A stretch of DNA of 64,000 nt from an uncultured Pseudomonadota bacterium (GTDB lineage Bacteria; Pseudomonadota; Gammaproteobacteria; DASZBR01), in NCBI GenBank assembly GCA_963712965.1, contig CAVQJZ010000003.1, positions 2,878 through 66,877 of the forward strand, in the 5' to 3' direction. A model generated the notes under the pieces. It saw nothing but the letters and a program-made list of their open reading frames with translations. It was not told the origin of the DNA and did not search any database. The translations under genes and the position numbers were made by a program. The first letter of the stretch is position 1. Every line of letters begins with the position of its first letter. Below are positions 12,901 to 22,613 of the stretch, one piece after another.

Positions 12901-15900
12901 GGTGATTCATTAGTATTATCAGGTACAACTTTTACTAATACTGCTGGTGCTTCAGCATTAAGTCCTGGTACGGGTCGATTCTTAGTGTGGTCAGGAAATC
13001 CGGCCAGTGATAATCGTGGTGGCATTGTTTATAACTTCAAACAATATAATGCAACGTATGGTGTATCAACTGTGTTGGGAACAGGCAATGGATTTCTTTA
13101 TACGCTTGCGCCAACTATTACCGCAAATCTAACAGGTACGGCTAGCCGAAGTTATAATGCAACCACCACCACGTCATCATTATTAAGTAATATTCTCAGT
13201 ACGTCAGGTGCAGTTGATAGTGACAGCATCGTTATTAATACGCTTTCGGGTATTTTTGCAACGAAAAATGTTGGCACCAATATTAATATTAATTCTGTTT
13301 CAGGTACGTTAAGTGCAACCAATGGTTCAGCTACTGTTTATGGTTATCAATTAAATACCACGCCAGGTGGCACAACAAATATCGGTACTATTACAGCAGC
13401 GCCAATTACGATTAGTTCAAATTCTGGCCAAACCAAAGTGTATGGAAGTAATGATCCTGCAGGTGCCGCAACAGCCTATTCATTAACAGCAGGTTCAATA
13501 TTCACAGATAGCTTGACGGGCAGCATGGGTCGTGCGGTTGGTGAAACCGTAGGTAATTATAATTTCACACAAAATACTGTGACAGTAAATGATGGTAACG
13601 GCGGAAATAATTATGCGATTACATTTAATGGCGCAACAAATCCATTTGTAATTACAGCTAAATCATTAACGGGATCAATTGTTAATCAAAGTAAGATTTA
13701 TGGAGCTGATGATCCAACGCTTTCAGGTATCGCGGTAACATTGAATGGAAAAGTAAATGCGATCGTGACAGATATTAATGGGAATAACACAGTAATTAAT
13801 GATACCAGCAATGTTGCCGCAACATTAGCTTCATTAACCAGAGCAGCAGGCGAAACTGTTGCAAGTTACAATATTACCGCCGGAACATTTAATGCACTAA
13901 CAGGAAGTGCCGCCGGTAATTACAGTGCACCAACTTTTAGTGGCGCACCAACACTTACTATTAACAAAGCTAATTTAACTGGAAGCATAGCCAATCAAAG
14001 TAAGACTTATGGTGCCAACGATCCAACATTATCTGGTATTGGCGTTACTTTAAATTTTATTAATCGAACTGTTTCGACTTGGAATGGTAATGTCAGTGTG
14101 AATGACGCAGGACTTGTTGCAACAACATTGGCTTCATTAACTAGAGCAGTTGGCGAAACCGTTGCTTCTTATAATATTACAGCAGCAACATTTAATGCAC
14201 TAACAGGAACTTCAGCCGGAAACTACAATGCACCAAGCTTTACTGGCTCGCCAACATTAACTATTAACAAAGCAAACTTAACTGGCTCAATTGCAAATCA
14301 AACCAAAACTTATGGTGCAAACGATCCATTGTTATCTGGTATCTCAGTAACCTTGGGTGGAATTATTAATAATCCAGCTATTGTTACTTGGAACGGCAAT
14401 GTCAGCGTTAATGACACAGGACTTGTAGCAACAACGCTTGCTTCGTTAACCAGAGCAGTAGGTGAAGCAGTGGCAAGTTATAATATTACTGCTGCTACAT
14501 TTAACGCATTAACAGGAACTTCAGCGGGTAATTACAACGCACCAAGTTTCACTGGTACACCAACTCTTACTATTAACAAAGCAAACTTAACAGGCTCAAT
14601 TGCAAATCAAACTAAAACTTATGGTGCAAACGATCCATTGTTATCTGGTATCAGCGTTACTTTAGGTGGCGTAATTAATAATCCAGCGATTGTTACTTGG
14701 AACGGTAATGTTAGTGTTAACGATACAGGACTTGTTGCAACAACACTTGCTTCATTAACTAGAGCAATAGGTGAAAGCGTTGCAAGTTACAATATTACTG
14801 CCGCAACATTTAATGCATTAACAGGAACTTCAGCCGGTAATTACAACGCACCAAGTTTTACAGGTTCACCAACATTAACAATTAACAAAGCAAACTTAAC
14901 AGGCTCAATTGCAAATCAAACTAAAACTTATGGTGCAAACGATCCATTGTTATCTGGTATCAGCGTTACTTTAGGTGGCGTAATTAATAATCCAGCGATT
15001 GTTACTTGGAACGGCAATGTCAGTGTGAATGACACAGGACTTGTTGCAACAACATTGGCATCTTTAACCAGAGCAGTTGGTGAAACAGTTGCTTCTTATA
15101 ATATTACCGCTGCGACATTTACTGTATTAACAGGATCAGCGGCGGGTAATTACAATGCTCCAAGCTTTACAGGTTCACCAACATTAACTATTAATAAAGC
15201 AAACTTAACAGGGACTATTGCAAATCAAAGTAAGATTTACGGAGCTGATGATCCAACACTTTCAGGAATTAGCGTAACACTCGGTGGAATAATTAATAAC
15301 CCAGCGATTGTTACTTGGAACGGCAACGTAAGTATTAACGATACGGGTAATGTTGCAACAACACTTGCTTCGTTAACAAGAGCAGTTGGTGAAATCGTTG
15401 CTTCTTATAATATTACTGCAGCAACATTTACTGCATTAACAGGAAGCGCTGCAGGAAATTACAACGCACCAGTATTTGGTGGTGCGCCAACTCTAGCTAT
15501 TACACAAAAAGCATTAACGGGTTCAATTGCAAATCAAAGTAAAGTTTATGGTGCAGATGATCCATTGCTTTCAGGAATTAGTGTTAGCTTAAGTGGTATT
15601 GTGAATAGAAGCATTACAGATTGGAATAGCAATAGTACGCCAATTAATGATAACGGTAATGTCAGTGCAACATTAGCTTCATTAATTAGAGACGCAGGTG
15701 AAAATGTTGCAAGCTATAATATTACTGGCTCAACATTAAATTATTCAGGCAGTGCGGCAAGTAATTACAGTACGTCGGCAAGTTTAACCGGTGGTCCAAT
15801 ATTGACTATTAATAAAGCTAATTTAGTGGGAACCATTGCTAATCAAAGTAAAGTTTATGGCGCCGATGATCCAAGTTTATCTGGAATTGGTGTAACACTT

Positions 15901-18900
15901 GGCGTAATTAATAACCCAGCAATCGTTACTTGGAATGGCAATGTCAGCGTTAATGATACTGGTAATGTTGCAACCACATTAGCGTCATTAACACGTGCTG
16001 TTGGTGAGGCTGTTGCAAGTTATAATATTACCGCTGCAACATTTAATACATTAACAGGAACTTCAGCTGGTAATTATAATGCACCAAGCTTTACTGGTTC
16101 ACCAACATTAACTATTAATAAAGCTAATTTAACTGGCTCAATTGTAAATCAAAGTAAGATTTATGGCACCAATGATCCATTGTTATCTGGCATTAGCGTA
16201 ACACTTGGTGGTGTAATTAATAACTCGGCAATTGTTACTTGGAACGGCAATGTTTCGGTTAATGATACTGGCAATGTTGCAACAACATTAGCTTCGTTAA
16301 CGCGCGCTATTGGTGAAACCGTTGCTTCTTATAATATTACCGCTGCAACATTTAATGCATTAACTGGATCAGCTGCAGGAAATTACAATGTACCAAGCTT
16401 TAGTGGTAGCCCAACACTCGCTATTAATAAAGCAAACTTAACAGGCTCGATTGTTAATCAAAGCAAGATTTACGGAGCTAATGACCCAACACTTTCAGGA
16501 ATTAGCGTAACACTTGGCGTAATTAATAACCCAGCCATTGTTACTTGGAACGGTAATGTCAGTGTTAATGATACTGGCAATGTTGCAGCAACGCTTGCTT
16601 CGTTAACGAGAGCAGTTGGCGAAACGGTTGCTTCTTATAATATTACCGCCGCAACATTTAATGCATTAACAGGAACTTCAGCGGGTAATTACAATGCACC
16701 AAGCTTTACAGGTTCGCCAACATTAACCATTAATAAAGCAAACTTAACTGGAACTATTGCCAATCAAAGCAAGATTTACGGAGCTGATGATCCAGCATTA
16801 TCTGGCATCAGTGTAAATTTAGATTTCATCAATCGAACTGTTGCAACATGGAATGGTGACGTGAGTGTGAATGATACTGGCAATGTAGCAACAACATTAT
16901 TCTCGCTGACTCGTGACCCTGGAGAATTGGTTGCTAGCTACAATATTACTGCGGCAAGTTTCAACGCATTAACAGGAAGTGCAGCAGGTAACTACAACGC
17001 ACCTGTATTTGGTGGTTCGCCAACTCTTGCGATTACACAAAAAGCATTAACAGGATCAATAGCAGATCAAAATAAAATTTATGGTGCAGATGATCCAAGT
17101 TTAGCAAGCATCACTGTAAATTTAAGTGGTATTGTGAATAGAAGTATTGTTGATTGGAATGACAATAGTACGCCAATTAATGACAATGGTAATGTCAGTG
17201 CGACATTAGCTTCATTAATTAGAGACGCAGGTGAAAATGTTGCAAGCTATAATATTACTGGTTCAACATTGAATTACTCAGGCAGTGCGGCAAGTAATTA
17301 CAGTACGTCGGCAAGTTTAACCGGTAGTCCAATATTGACTATTAATAAAGCTAATTTAACTGGAAGCATTGCTAATCAAAGTAAGATTTATGGTGCGAAC
17401 GACCCAAGTTTATCTGGCATTAGTGTTAATTTGAATTTCATCAATAGAACAGTTGCAACCTGGAATGGAAACGTCAGTGTTAATGATACTGGCAACGTCG
17501 CAACAACATTAGCATCTTTAACCAGAGCAGTTGGTGAAGCAGTGGCAAGTTATAATATTACCGCTGCAACATTTAATGCATTAACAGGAACTTCAGCTGG
17601 TAATTACAACGCACCAAGTTTTAGCGGTAGCCCAACGTTAACAATTAACAAAGCAAACTTAACCGGATCGATTACAAATCAAAATAAAGTTTATGGTGCA
17701 AATGATCCATTGTTATCTGGTATCAGTGTTACTTTAGGTGGAATAATTAATAACCCAGCAATAGTAACTTGGAACGGCAATGTTTCAGTTAACGATACAG
17801 GCAGTGTTGCGACAACACTTGCTTCATTAACACGTGCTGTCGGTGAAGATGTTGCTAGTTACAATATTACTGCCGCAACATTTAATGCATTAACAGGAAG
17901 CTCTGCGGGAAATTATAATGCACCAAGTTTTACAGGTTCACCAACATTAACAATTAGCAAAGCAAACTTAACCGGATCAATCACCAATCAAAATAAAGTA
18001 TATGGTGCGGATGATGCATTGTTATCTGGAATTAGCGTAACACTCGGTGGAATAATTAATAATCCAGCAATTGTTACTTGGAACGGTAATGTTTCAGTTA
18101 ACGATACAGGACTTGTTGCAACAACTCTTGCTTCATTAACTCGTGCAGTTGGCGAAAGCGTTGCTAGTTATAATATTACCGCTGCAACATTTAATAGTTT
18201 AACTGGAATTGCCGCAGGTAATTACAATGCGCCAAGCTTTAGCGGCAGTCCAACATTAATTATTAACAAAGCAAACTTAACTGGCAGCATTGCAAATCAA
18301 ACAAAAGTTTATGGCGCAGATGATCCAGCGTTATCTGGCATTGGTGTAACTTTGAACTTTATTAATAGAACTGTTTCAACTTGGAATGGCAACGTTTCGG
18401 TTGATGATACTGGTAATGTTGCAACAACATTATTCTCGTTGACTCGCGATCCTGGAGAATTGGTTGCTAGCTACAATATTACTGCGGCAAGTTTCAACGC
18501 ATTAACAGGGTCAGCAGCAAGTAATTACAATGCGCCGGTATTTGGTGGTTCGCCAACTCTTGCAATTACACAAAAAGCATTAACGGGATCGATACTAAAT
18601 CAAAGTAAAGTTTATGGTGCGGATGATCCAAGTTTAGCAAGCGTCACTGTAAATTTAAGCGGCATTGTGAATAGAAGTATTACGGATTGGAATGGAAACG
18701 TAACGCCAATTAATGACAATGGTAATGTCAGTGCAACATTAGCTTCATTAATTAGAGACGCAGGTGAAAATGTTGCAAGCTATAATATTACTGGTTCAAC
18801 ATTGAATTACTCAGGCAGTGCGGCAAGTAATTACAGTACGTCGGCAAGTTTAACCGGTAGTCCAATATTGACTATTAACAAAGCTAATTTAACGGGTTCG

Positions 18901-21900
18901 ATTGCTAATCAAAGTAAGATTTATGGCGCAAACGATCCAAGCTTATCTGGCATTAGTGTTAATTTGAATTTCATCAATAGAACAGTTGCAACCTGGAATG
19001 GAAACGTCAGTGTTAATGATACTGGCAACGTCGCAACAACATTAGCATCTTTAACCAGAGCAGTTGGTGAAGCAGTGGCAAGTTATAATATTACTGCTGC
19101 GACATTTACTGTATTAACAGGATCAGCGGCGGGTAATTACAATGCTCCAAGCTTTACAGGTTCACCAACATTAACTATTAATAAAGCAAACTTAACAGGG
19201 ACTATTGCAAATCAAAGTAAGATTTACGGAGCTGATGATCCAACACTTTCAGGAATTAGCGTAACACTCGGTGGGATAATTAATAACCCAGCGATTGTAA
19301 CTTGGAACGGCAATGTGAGCGTTAATGATACTGGCAACGTCGCTACAACATTAGCATCGTTAACCAGAGTAGTTGGTGAAACAGTTGCTTCTTATAATAT
19401 TACCGCTGCGACATTTACTGTATTAACAGGATCAGCGGCGGGTAATTACAATGCATCAAGCTTTACAGGCTCACCAACATTAACTATTAACAAAGCTAAT
19501 TTAACTGGCTCAATTGCAAATCAAAGCAAAACTTACGGTGCTGATGACCCAAGTTTATCTGGAATTAGCGTAACACTTGGCGGAATAATTAATAACCCAG
19601 CGATTGTTACTTGGAACGGTAACGTTTCAGTTGATGATACTGGTAACGTTGCAACAACATTGGCTTCATTAACCAGAGCAGTAAGTGAAACCGTTGCAAG
19701 TTATAATATTACTGCCGCAACATTCAATGCATTAACCGGAACTGCGGCGGGTAATTACAATGCACCAAGCTTTACTGGTTCGCCAATATTAACTATTAAT
19801 AAAGCAAACTTAACGGGTTCAATTGCAAATCAAACAAAAGTTTATGGCGCAGATGATCCATTGTTATCTGGTATCAGTGTTACTTTAGGTGGAATAATTA
19901 ATAACCCAGCAATAGTAACTTGGAACGGCAATGTTTCAGTTAACGATACAGGCAGTGTTGCGACAACACTTGCTTCATTAACACGTGCTATCGGTGAAGA
20001 TGTTGCTTCTTATAATATTACTGCAGCAACATTTAATTCACTTGCTGGTAGTGCAGCAGGAAATTACAATGCGCCAAGCTTTAGCGGCAGCCCAACATTA
20101 ACTATTAATCCAGCAAACTTAACTGGTTCGATTGCAAATCAAAATAAAATATATGGTGCAGATGATCCATTGTTATCTGGTATAGCAGTTAACTTGGGTG
20201 GAATAATTAATAATCCAAGTGTTTCAACTTGGAATGGAGTTGTATCGATTAATGACACAGGACTTGTAGCAACAACATTAGCATCTTTAACCAGAGCAGT
20301 TGGCGAAACCGTTGCAAGTTATAATATTACCGCTGCAACATTTAATGCATTAACAGGAACTTCAGCCGGTAATTACAACGCACCAAGTTTTAGCGGTAGC
20401 CCAACGCTTACTATTAACAAAGCAAACTTAACCGGATCGATTGCAAATCAAAATAAAGTTTATGGTGCAAATGATCCATTGTTATCTGGTATCAGTGTTA
20501 CTTTAGGTGGAATAATTAATAACCCAGCAATAGTAACTTGGAACGGCAATGTCAGTGTGAATGACACAGGGCTTGTAGCAACAACGCTTGCTTCATTAAC
20601 ACGTGCTGTCGGTGAGAATGTTGCTAGTTATAATATTACTGCGGCAAGTTTCAATGCATTAACAGGCGGTGCATCAAGCAATTACAATGCGCCAAGCTTT
20701 AGCGGCAGCCCAACACTTACTATTAATCCAGCAAACTTAACTGGTTCGATTGCAAATCAAAATAAAATATATGGTGCAGATGATCCATTGTTATCTGGTA
20801 TCTCAGTAACCTTGGGTGGAATAATTAATAATCCAAGTATTTCAACTTGGAATGGAGTTGTATCGATTGACGATACTGGTAATGTTGGAACAACACTCGC
20901 TTCATTAACACGCGCTGTCGGTGAAGATGTTACTAGTTACAATATTACTGCCGCAACATTTAATGCATTAACAGGAAGCTCTGCGGGAAATTATAATGCA
21001 CCAAGCTTTGCTGGCTCGCCAACTCTTACTATTAACAAAGCAAACTTAACGGGATCGATTGCAAATCAAACCAAAACTTATGGTGCCAATGATCCAGGTT
21101 TGTCAGGCATTAGTGTGGCATTAAATGGAATTATTAATCGAACTGTTTCGACATGGAATGGCAATGTTGGTGTCAATGATGTAGGCAATGTGAATACAGC
21201 GTTAGCTTCATTAAGTAGAGCAGTGGGCGAAAGTATAAATAGCTATAATATTAATTCTGCAACATTCACGGCCTTAACAGGATCTGCTGCAAATAATTAT
21301 AATATGACCACATTAAATGCTGGATCGACCTTGGCTATTACTAAAGCAAGTTTGTCAGCGACTATTGCTAATCAAAGTAAAAATTATGGTGCAAGTGATC
21401 CGCTCATTGCAACAATTCCGGTAATTTTAAATGGCGTTATAAATAATCCAGCAGTAGTAACATGGAATGGTAATGTGAATATTAATGATACTGGTTTAGT
21501 ACATATATCGTTGGCATCACTCACGCGCGCACTTGGTGAAACAGTTAGCGGCGGACCTTATTCATATACCAGTGTAACGTATCAATTATTGGGTGGTAGT
21601 GCAGCCGGTAATTATAATCAACCTGCCAATAATTTAAGTACATCGCCTGCATTAAATATTTTGCCGCTTAATTTAAGTTATGTAGCAAATGCTGTGAATG
21701 TTTTAATGGGTAATCCAATACCTGCATTGTCTGGAACAGTGACGGGATTTATTCCAGGAGATAATATTGCTAATGCAACGACAGGAACATTAATGTTTAC
21801 TACGGCTGCGACATCAGGAAGTCCAGCAGGTTCGTATGCAATTAATGGCTCTGGATTGATTGCTAATTTTAATAATTATAATTTTATACAAGCGCCAGGT

Positions 21901-22155
21901 AATGCAACGGCATTGACTATTCAATCAGGTGTACCACCTGTACCGCCAGTGCCACCAGTAAATCCAGCGCAAGTTGCTGATATTCTCACTATCTGGCAAG
22001 GTTCTTCAGGTACTAATGAAGGTACGGATACCAGTTATTCAATAAATCCAAATTATGCATTTGATCATTTGGCAACAACAAGTCATGATAAATCTTTAAC
22101 CTCTGTCTGTGTCGGCAGTGGTGATCAACAACGATGTGCATCAGTGGGCAGTTAG
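9919..22155 (+). CDS. TpsA-family (filamentous-haemagglutinin-like) giant exoprotein, 4078 aa: signal peptide + TPS domain + beta-helix + about 28 MBG-type modules + Cys-pair tail
   Basis: AGAGG lies about 10 nt upstream of the ATG. N-terminal signal peptide (..VIVALGICWFGLVNA/AP). TPS-domain hallmarks: NINQAGTTTTINQTTQNVVINWQEFNT, AAALNRINSGLPTQFFG, ANGHIFIVNPAGVFFG. These are followed by GGFVETS..WLLDPRNVTI and ~68-aa beta-helix periods (ITL..AN.L/FTGAITxSNSG.N...). From about aa 1160 come YG..DP / GE.V.SYNI modules. Confidence 0.9.
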   Translation: MHQTTHRYPLRKMVVSVIVALGICWFGLVNAAPVGGDVAAGSANINQAGTTTTINQTTQNVVINWQEFNTASNEAVNFIQPNANAAALNRINSGLPTQFFGTLTANGHIFIVNPAGVFFGASSRIDVGGILATTADIQNQNFMNGHYQFQQAPGSFNSVVNEGEIYANGFVGLVAPGVMNNGVIHATFGKVVLASGTSYIIDMYGDQLIQFGTGSKILQAPIGPDGKPMKHAVSNNGSIYADGGKVLLTANAASDILDSVIDTRGYIQAVKASVDGNGSVILSGGDEGIVTVSGKIKSGTVKVLGDKVGLMDGAVIDASGVGGGGEVLIGGNYQGQGPEQNASAVYMSPTAIINADAIDYGNGGKVILWSNDYTGFYGNISAQGGALGGNGGFVETSSHDNLQAFGLVNASAANGLAGTWLLDPRNVTISSSATSNGAFNGGSPTNTFTPTGNNAVVNVTTLNTALGSTNVTINTGSTGAQAGTITVSNAIAKTTGANTALLTLTAASNIILNAGISVSSGVLNITLSSGGTITQAVGAIISGTTLTTSSVGGTTLTRANTVSNFNATNITSGNISFTNSGALNITGIAQSVGNLTIANTGAITQSGAMTVSGTSSFTAGANPITLTTATNSLTGAITFSNSGSNAVQLTNNRATSLAASTVGQNLTITSVGAITQTGALVVPGTSSFTAGANAITLGSANSFTGAITLSNSGANNVSLTNSLATILAASTIGQNLTLISGGAITESGVLTIPGTTSLRVNAAGSDILLNTQANNLTGAVSFAGTLGNIRDFALRNINASASVPTLSTLTSLRNLTLQFDNAAIALPAATLHAAGNASITAGGAITQSGVLTVPGTSLFSAGANAITLGSANVLTGAITLSNSGANNISLTNSIATVLAASTVGNNLTINSTGAITQTGALTVPGSTTLVAGTANNITLGGANNFNSLGITSANNVVINDINAIALNAITANGSLTLTAGAGITVNGVITTGAAGDSLVLSGTTFTNTAGASALSPGTGRFLVWSGNPASDNRGGIVYNFKQYNATYGVSTVLGTGNGFLYTLAPTITANLTGTASRSYNATTTTSSLLSNILSTSGAVDSDSIVINTLSGIFATKNVGTNININSVSGTLSATNGSATVYGYQLNTTPGGTTNIGTITAAPITISSNSGQTKVYGSNDPAGAATAYSLTAGSIFTDSLTGSMGRAVGETVGNYNFTQNTVTVNDGNGGNNYAITFNGATNPFVITAKSLTGSIVNQSKIYGADDPTLSGIAVTLNGKVNAIVTDINGNNTVINDTSNVAATLASLTRAAGETVASYNITAGTFNALTGSAAGNYSAPTFSGAPTLTINKANLTGSIANQSKTYGANDPTLSGIGVTLNFINRTVSTWNGNVSVNDAGLVATTLASLTRAVGETVASYNITAATFNALTGTSAGNYNAPSFTGSPTLTINKANLTGSIANQTKTYGANDPLLSGISVTLGGIINNPAIVTWNGNVSVNDTGLVATTLASLTRAVGEAVASYNITAATFNALTGTSAGNYNAPSFTGTPTLTINKANLTGSIANQTKTYGANDPLLSGISVTLGGVINNPAIVTWNGNVSVNDTGLVATTLASLTRAIGESVASYNITAATFNALTGTSAGNYNAPSFTGSPTLTINKANLTGSIANQTKTYGANDPLLSGISVTLGGVINNPAIVTWNGNVSVNDTGLVATTLASLTRAVGETVASYNITAATFTVLTGSAAGNYNAPSFTGSPTLTINKANLTGTIANQSKIYGADDPTLSGISVTLGGIINNPAIVTWNGNVSINDTGNVATTLASLTRAVGEIVASYNITAATFTALTGSAAGNYNAPVFGGAPTLAITQKALTGSIANQSKVYGADDPLLSGISVSLSGIVNRSITDWNSNSTPINDNGNVSATLASLIRDAGENVASYNITGSTLNYSGSAASNYSTSASLTGGPILTINKANLVGTIANQSKVYGADDPSLSGIGVTLGVINNPAIVTWNGNVSVNDTGNVATTLASLTRAVGEAVASYNITAATFNTLTGTSAGNYNAPSFTGSPTLTINKANLTGSIVNQSKIYGTNDPLLSGISVTLGGVINNSAIVTWNGNVSVNDTGNVATTLASLTRAIGETVASYNITAATFNALTGSAAGNYNVPSFSGSPTLAINKANLTGSIVNQSKIYGANDPTLSGISVTLGVINNPAIVTWNGNVSVNDTGNVAATLASLTRAVGETVASYNITAATFNALTGTSAGNYNAPSFTGSPTLTINKANLTGTIANQSKIYGADDPALSGISVNLDFINRTVATWNGDVSVNDTGNVATTLFSLTRDPGELVASYNITAASFNALTGSAAGNYNAPVFGGSPTLAITQKALTGSIADQNKIYGADDPSLASITVNLSGIVNRSIVDWNDNSTPINDNGNVSATLASLIRDAGENVASYNITGSTLNYSGSAASNYSTSASLTGSPILTINKANLTGSIANQSKIYGANDPSLSGISVNLNFINRTVATWNGNVSVNDTGNVATTLASLTRAVGEAVASYNITAATFNALTGTSAGNYNAPSFSGSPTLTINKANLTGSITNQNKVYGANDPLLSGISVTLGGIINNPAIVTWNGNVSVNDTGSVATTLASLTRAVGEDVASYNITAATFNALTGSSAGNYNAPSFTGSPTLTISKANLTGSITNQNKVYGADDALLSGISVTLGGIINNPAIVTWNGNVSVNDTGLVATTLASLTRAVGESVASYNITAATFNSLTGIAAGNYNAPSFSGSPTLIINKANLTGSIANQTKVYGADDPALSGIGVTLNFINRTVSTWNGNVSVDDTGNVATTLFSLTRDPGELVASYNITAASFNALTGSAASNYNAPVFGGSPTLAITQKALTGSILNQSKVYGADDPSLASVTVNLSGIVNRSITDWNGNVTPINDNGNVSATLASLIRDAGENVASYNITGSTLNYSGSAASNYSTSASLTGSPILTINKANLTGSIANQSKIYGANDPSLSGISVNLNFINRTVATWNGNVSVNDTGNVATTLASLTRAVGEAVASYNITAATFTVLTGSAAGNYNAPSFTGSPTLTINKANLTGTIANQSKIYGADDPTLSGISVTLGGIINNPAIVTWNGNVSVNDTGNVATTLASLTRVVGETVASYNITAATFTVLTGSAAGNYNASSFTGSPTLTINKANLTGSIANQSKTYGADDPSLSGISVTLGGIINNPAIVTWNGNVSVDDTGNVATTLASLTRAVSETVASYNITAATFNALTGTAAGNYNAPSFTGSPILTINKANLTGSIANQTKVYGADDPLLSGISVTLGGIINNPAIVTWNGNVSVNDTGSVATTLASLTRAIGEDVASYNITAATFNSLAGSAAGNYNAPSFSGSPTLTINPANLTGSIANQNKIYGADDPLLSGIAVNLGGIINNPSVSTWNGVVSINDTGLVATTLASLTRAVGETVASYNITAATFNALTGTSAGNYNAPSFSGSPTLTINKANLTGSIANQNKVYGANDPLLSGISVTLGGIINNPAIVTWNGNVSVNDTGLVATTLASLTRAVGENVASYNITAASFNALTGGASSNYNAPSFSGSPTLTINPANLTGSIANQNKIYGADDPLLSGISVTLGGIINNPSISTWNGVVSIDDTGNVGTTLASLTRAVGEDVTSYNITAATFNALTGSSAGNYNAPSFAGSPTLTINKANLTGSIANQTKTYGANDPGLSGISVALNGIINRTVSTWNGNVGVNDVGNVNTALASLSRAVGESINSYNINSATFTALTGSAANNYNMTTLNAGSTLAITKASLSATIANQSKNYGASDPLIATIPVILNGVINNPAVVTWNGNVNINDTGLVHISLASLTRALGETVSGGPYSYTSVTYQLLGGSAAGNYNQPANNLSTSPALNILPLNLSYVANAVNVLMGNPIPALSGTVTGFIPGDNIANATTGTLMFTTAATSGSPAGSYAINGSGLIANFNNYNFIQAPGNATALTIQSGVPPVPPVPPVNPAQVADILTIWQGSSGTNEGTDTSYSINPNYAFDHLATTSHDKSLTSVCVGSGDQQRCASVGS
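13390..21928 (+). repeat. Array of about 28 MBG-type ~100-codon modules inside gene 2, with higher-order duplications
   Basis: I counted module starts (..ITISSNSGQTKVYG.., ITAKSLTGSIVNQSK, then about 25 x IN(K/P)ANLTGSI.NQ.K.YG or ITQKALTGSI..) plus a terminal degenerate module. acaacattattctcg at 16891 and 18424 marks a 1533-bp higher-order repeat. Confidence 0.8.
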
Positions 22156-22158
22156 CAA

Positions 22159-22401
22159 ATGGCTAAAAAAAAATTAGTATCCAAAGTAATAATGATAGTT
22201 TTTAGTTTATCTTGGTTAAATCCAGCGCATGCAGATCCCGATCTTTTGGGAGCAGTGGTTGATACCAGAGGATATGTGCAAGCTAAGAAAGCTGAAGTCG
22301 ATAAAAATGGCCATGTTGTTTTGCGTGGCAGTGATGATAACAACGCTGCGACGGTGCCAAGAAAGAATCAAGATAAAACGTCTATCAGTGCTAATCGTTA
22401 G
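22159..22401 (+). CDS. Small signal-peptide ORF (80 aa) resembling a collapsed TpsA: leader plus distal TPS-domain segment; possibly a gene relic
   Basis: The ATG is 3 nt after the gene 2 stop, with no clear SD. MAKKKLVSKVIMIVFSLSWLNPAHA resembles the gene 3 leader (VVMMILSLLWANLADA). DLLGAVVDTRGYVQAKKAEVDKNGHVVLRGS aligns with gene 2 DILDSVIDTRGYIQAVKASVDGNGSVILSGG and gene 3 NVVENVIDMRGFIEAKTASIDKQGSIILSGG. Confidence 0.45.
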   Translation: MAKKKLVSKVIMIVFSLSWLNPAHADPDLLGAVVDTRGYVQAKKAEVDKNGHVVLRGSDDNNAATVPRKNQDKTSISANR

Positions 22402-22423
22402 CTAAGGCTTGAATAGTAGAATG

Positions 22424-22447
22424 GCTAAAAGACAATTGTCTTTTAGC
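22424..22447 (+). terminator. Hairpin, candidate intrinsic terminator after the gene 2 / mini-ORF unit
   Basis: gctaaaagac-aatt-gtcttttagc: perfect 10-bp stem and 4-nt loop. A T-run (ggctttttt) follows about 10 nt later. The stem is AT-rich, so strength is uncertain. Confidence 0.45.
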
Positions 22448-22613
22448 TATAAAATGGCTTTTTTCCAAGGTATTCTCTTCGCCGTTGTGAACGACGGTAA
22501 TGAACAGATGTTGTCATGACAGCCTCGCAATGACATTTCCCGCGAAAATTCACATCCTAGTCTATATTTTCCTTATGGCTCTAGAAAATCTCTAGGCCAA
22601 GACGAGGCAATTC

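Noticed and set aside
22159-22401. Reading the small ORF after gene 2 as a CdiI-type immunity gene
   Set aside because: Gene 2 shows no VENN/pretoxin boundary or toxin-like tip. The ORF has a secretion signal, whereas immunity proteins are usually cytoplasmic. It is visibly homologous to part of the TPS domain itself.
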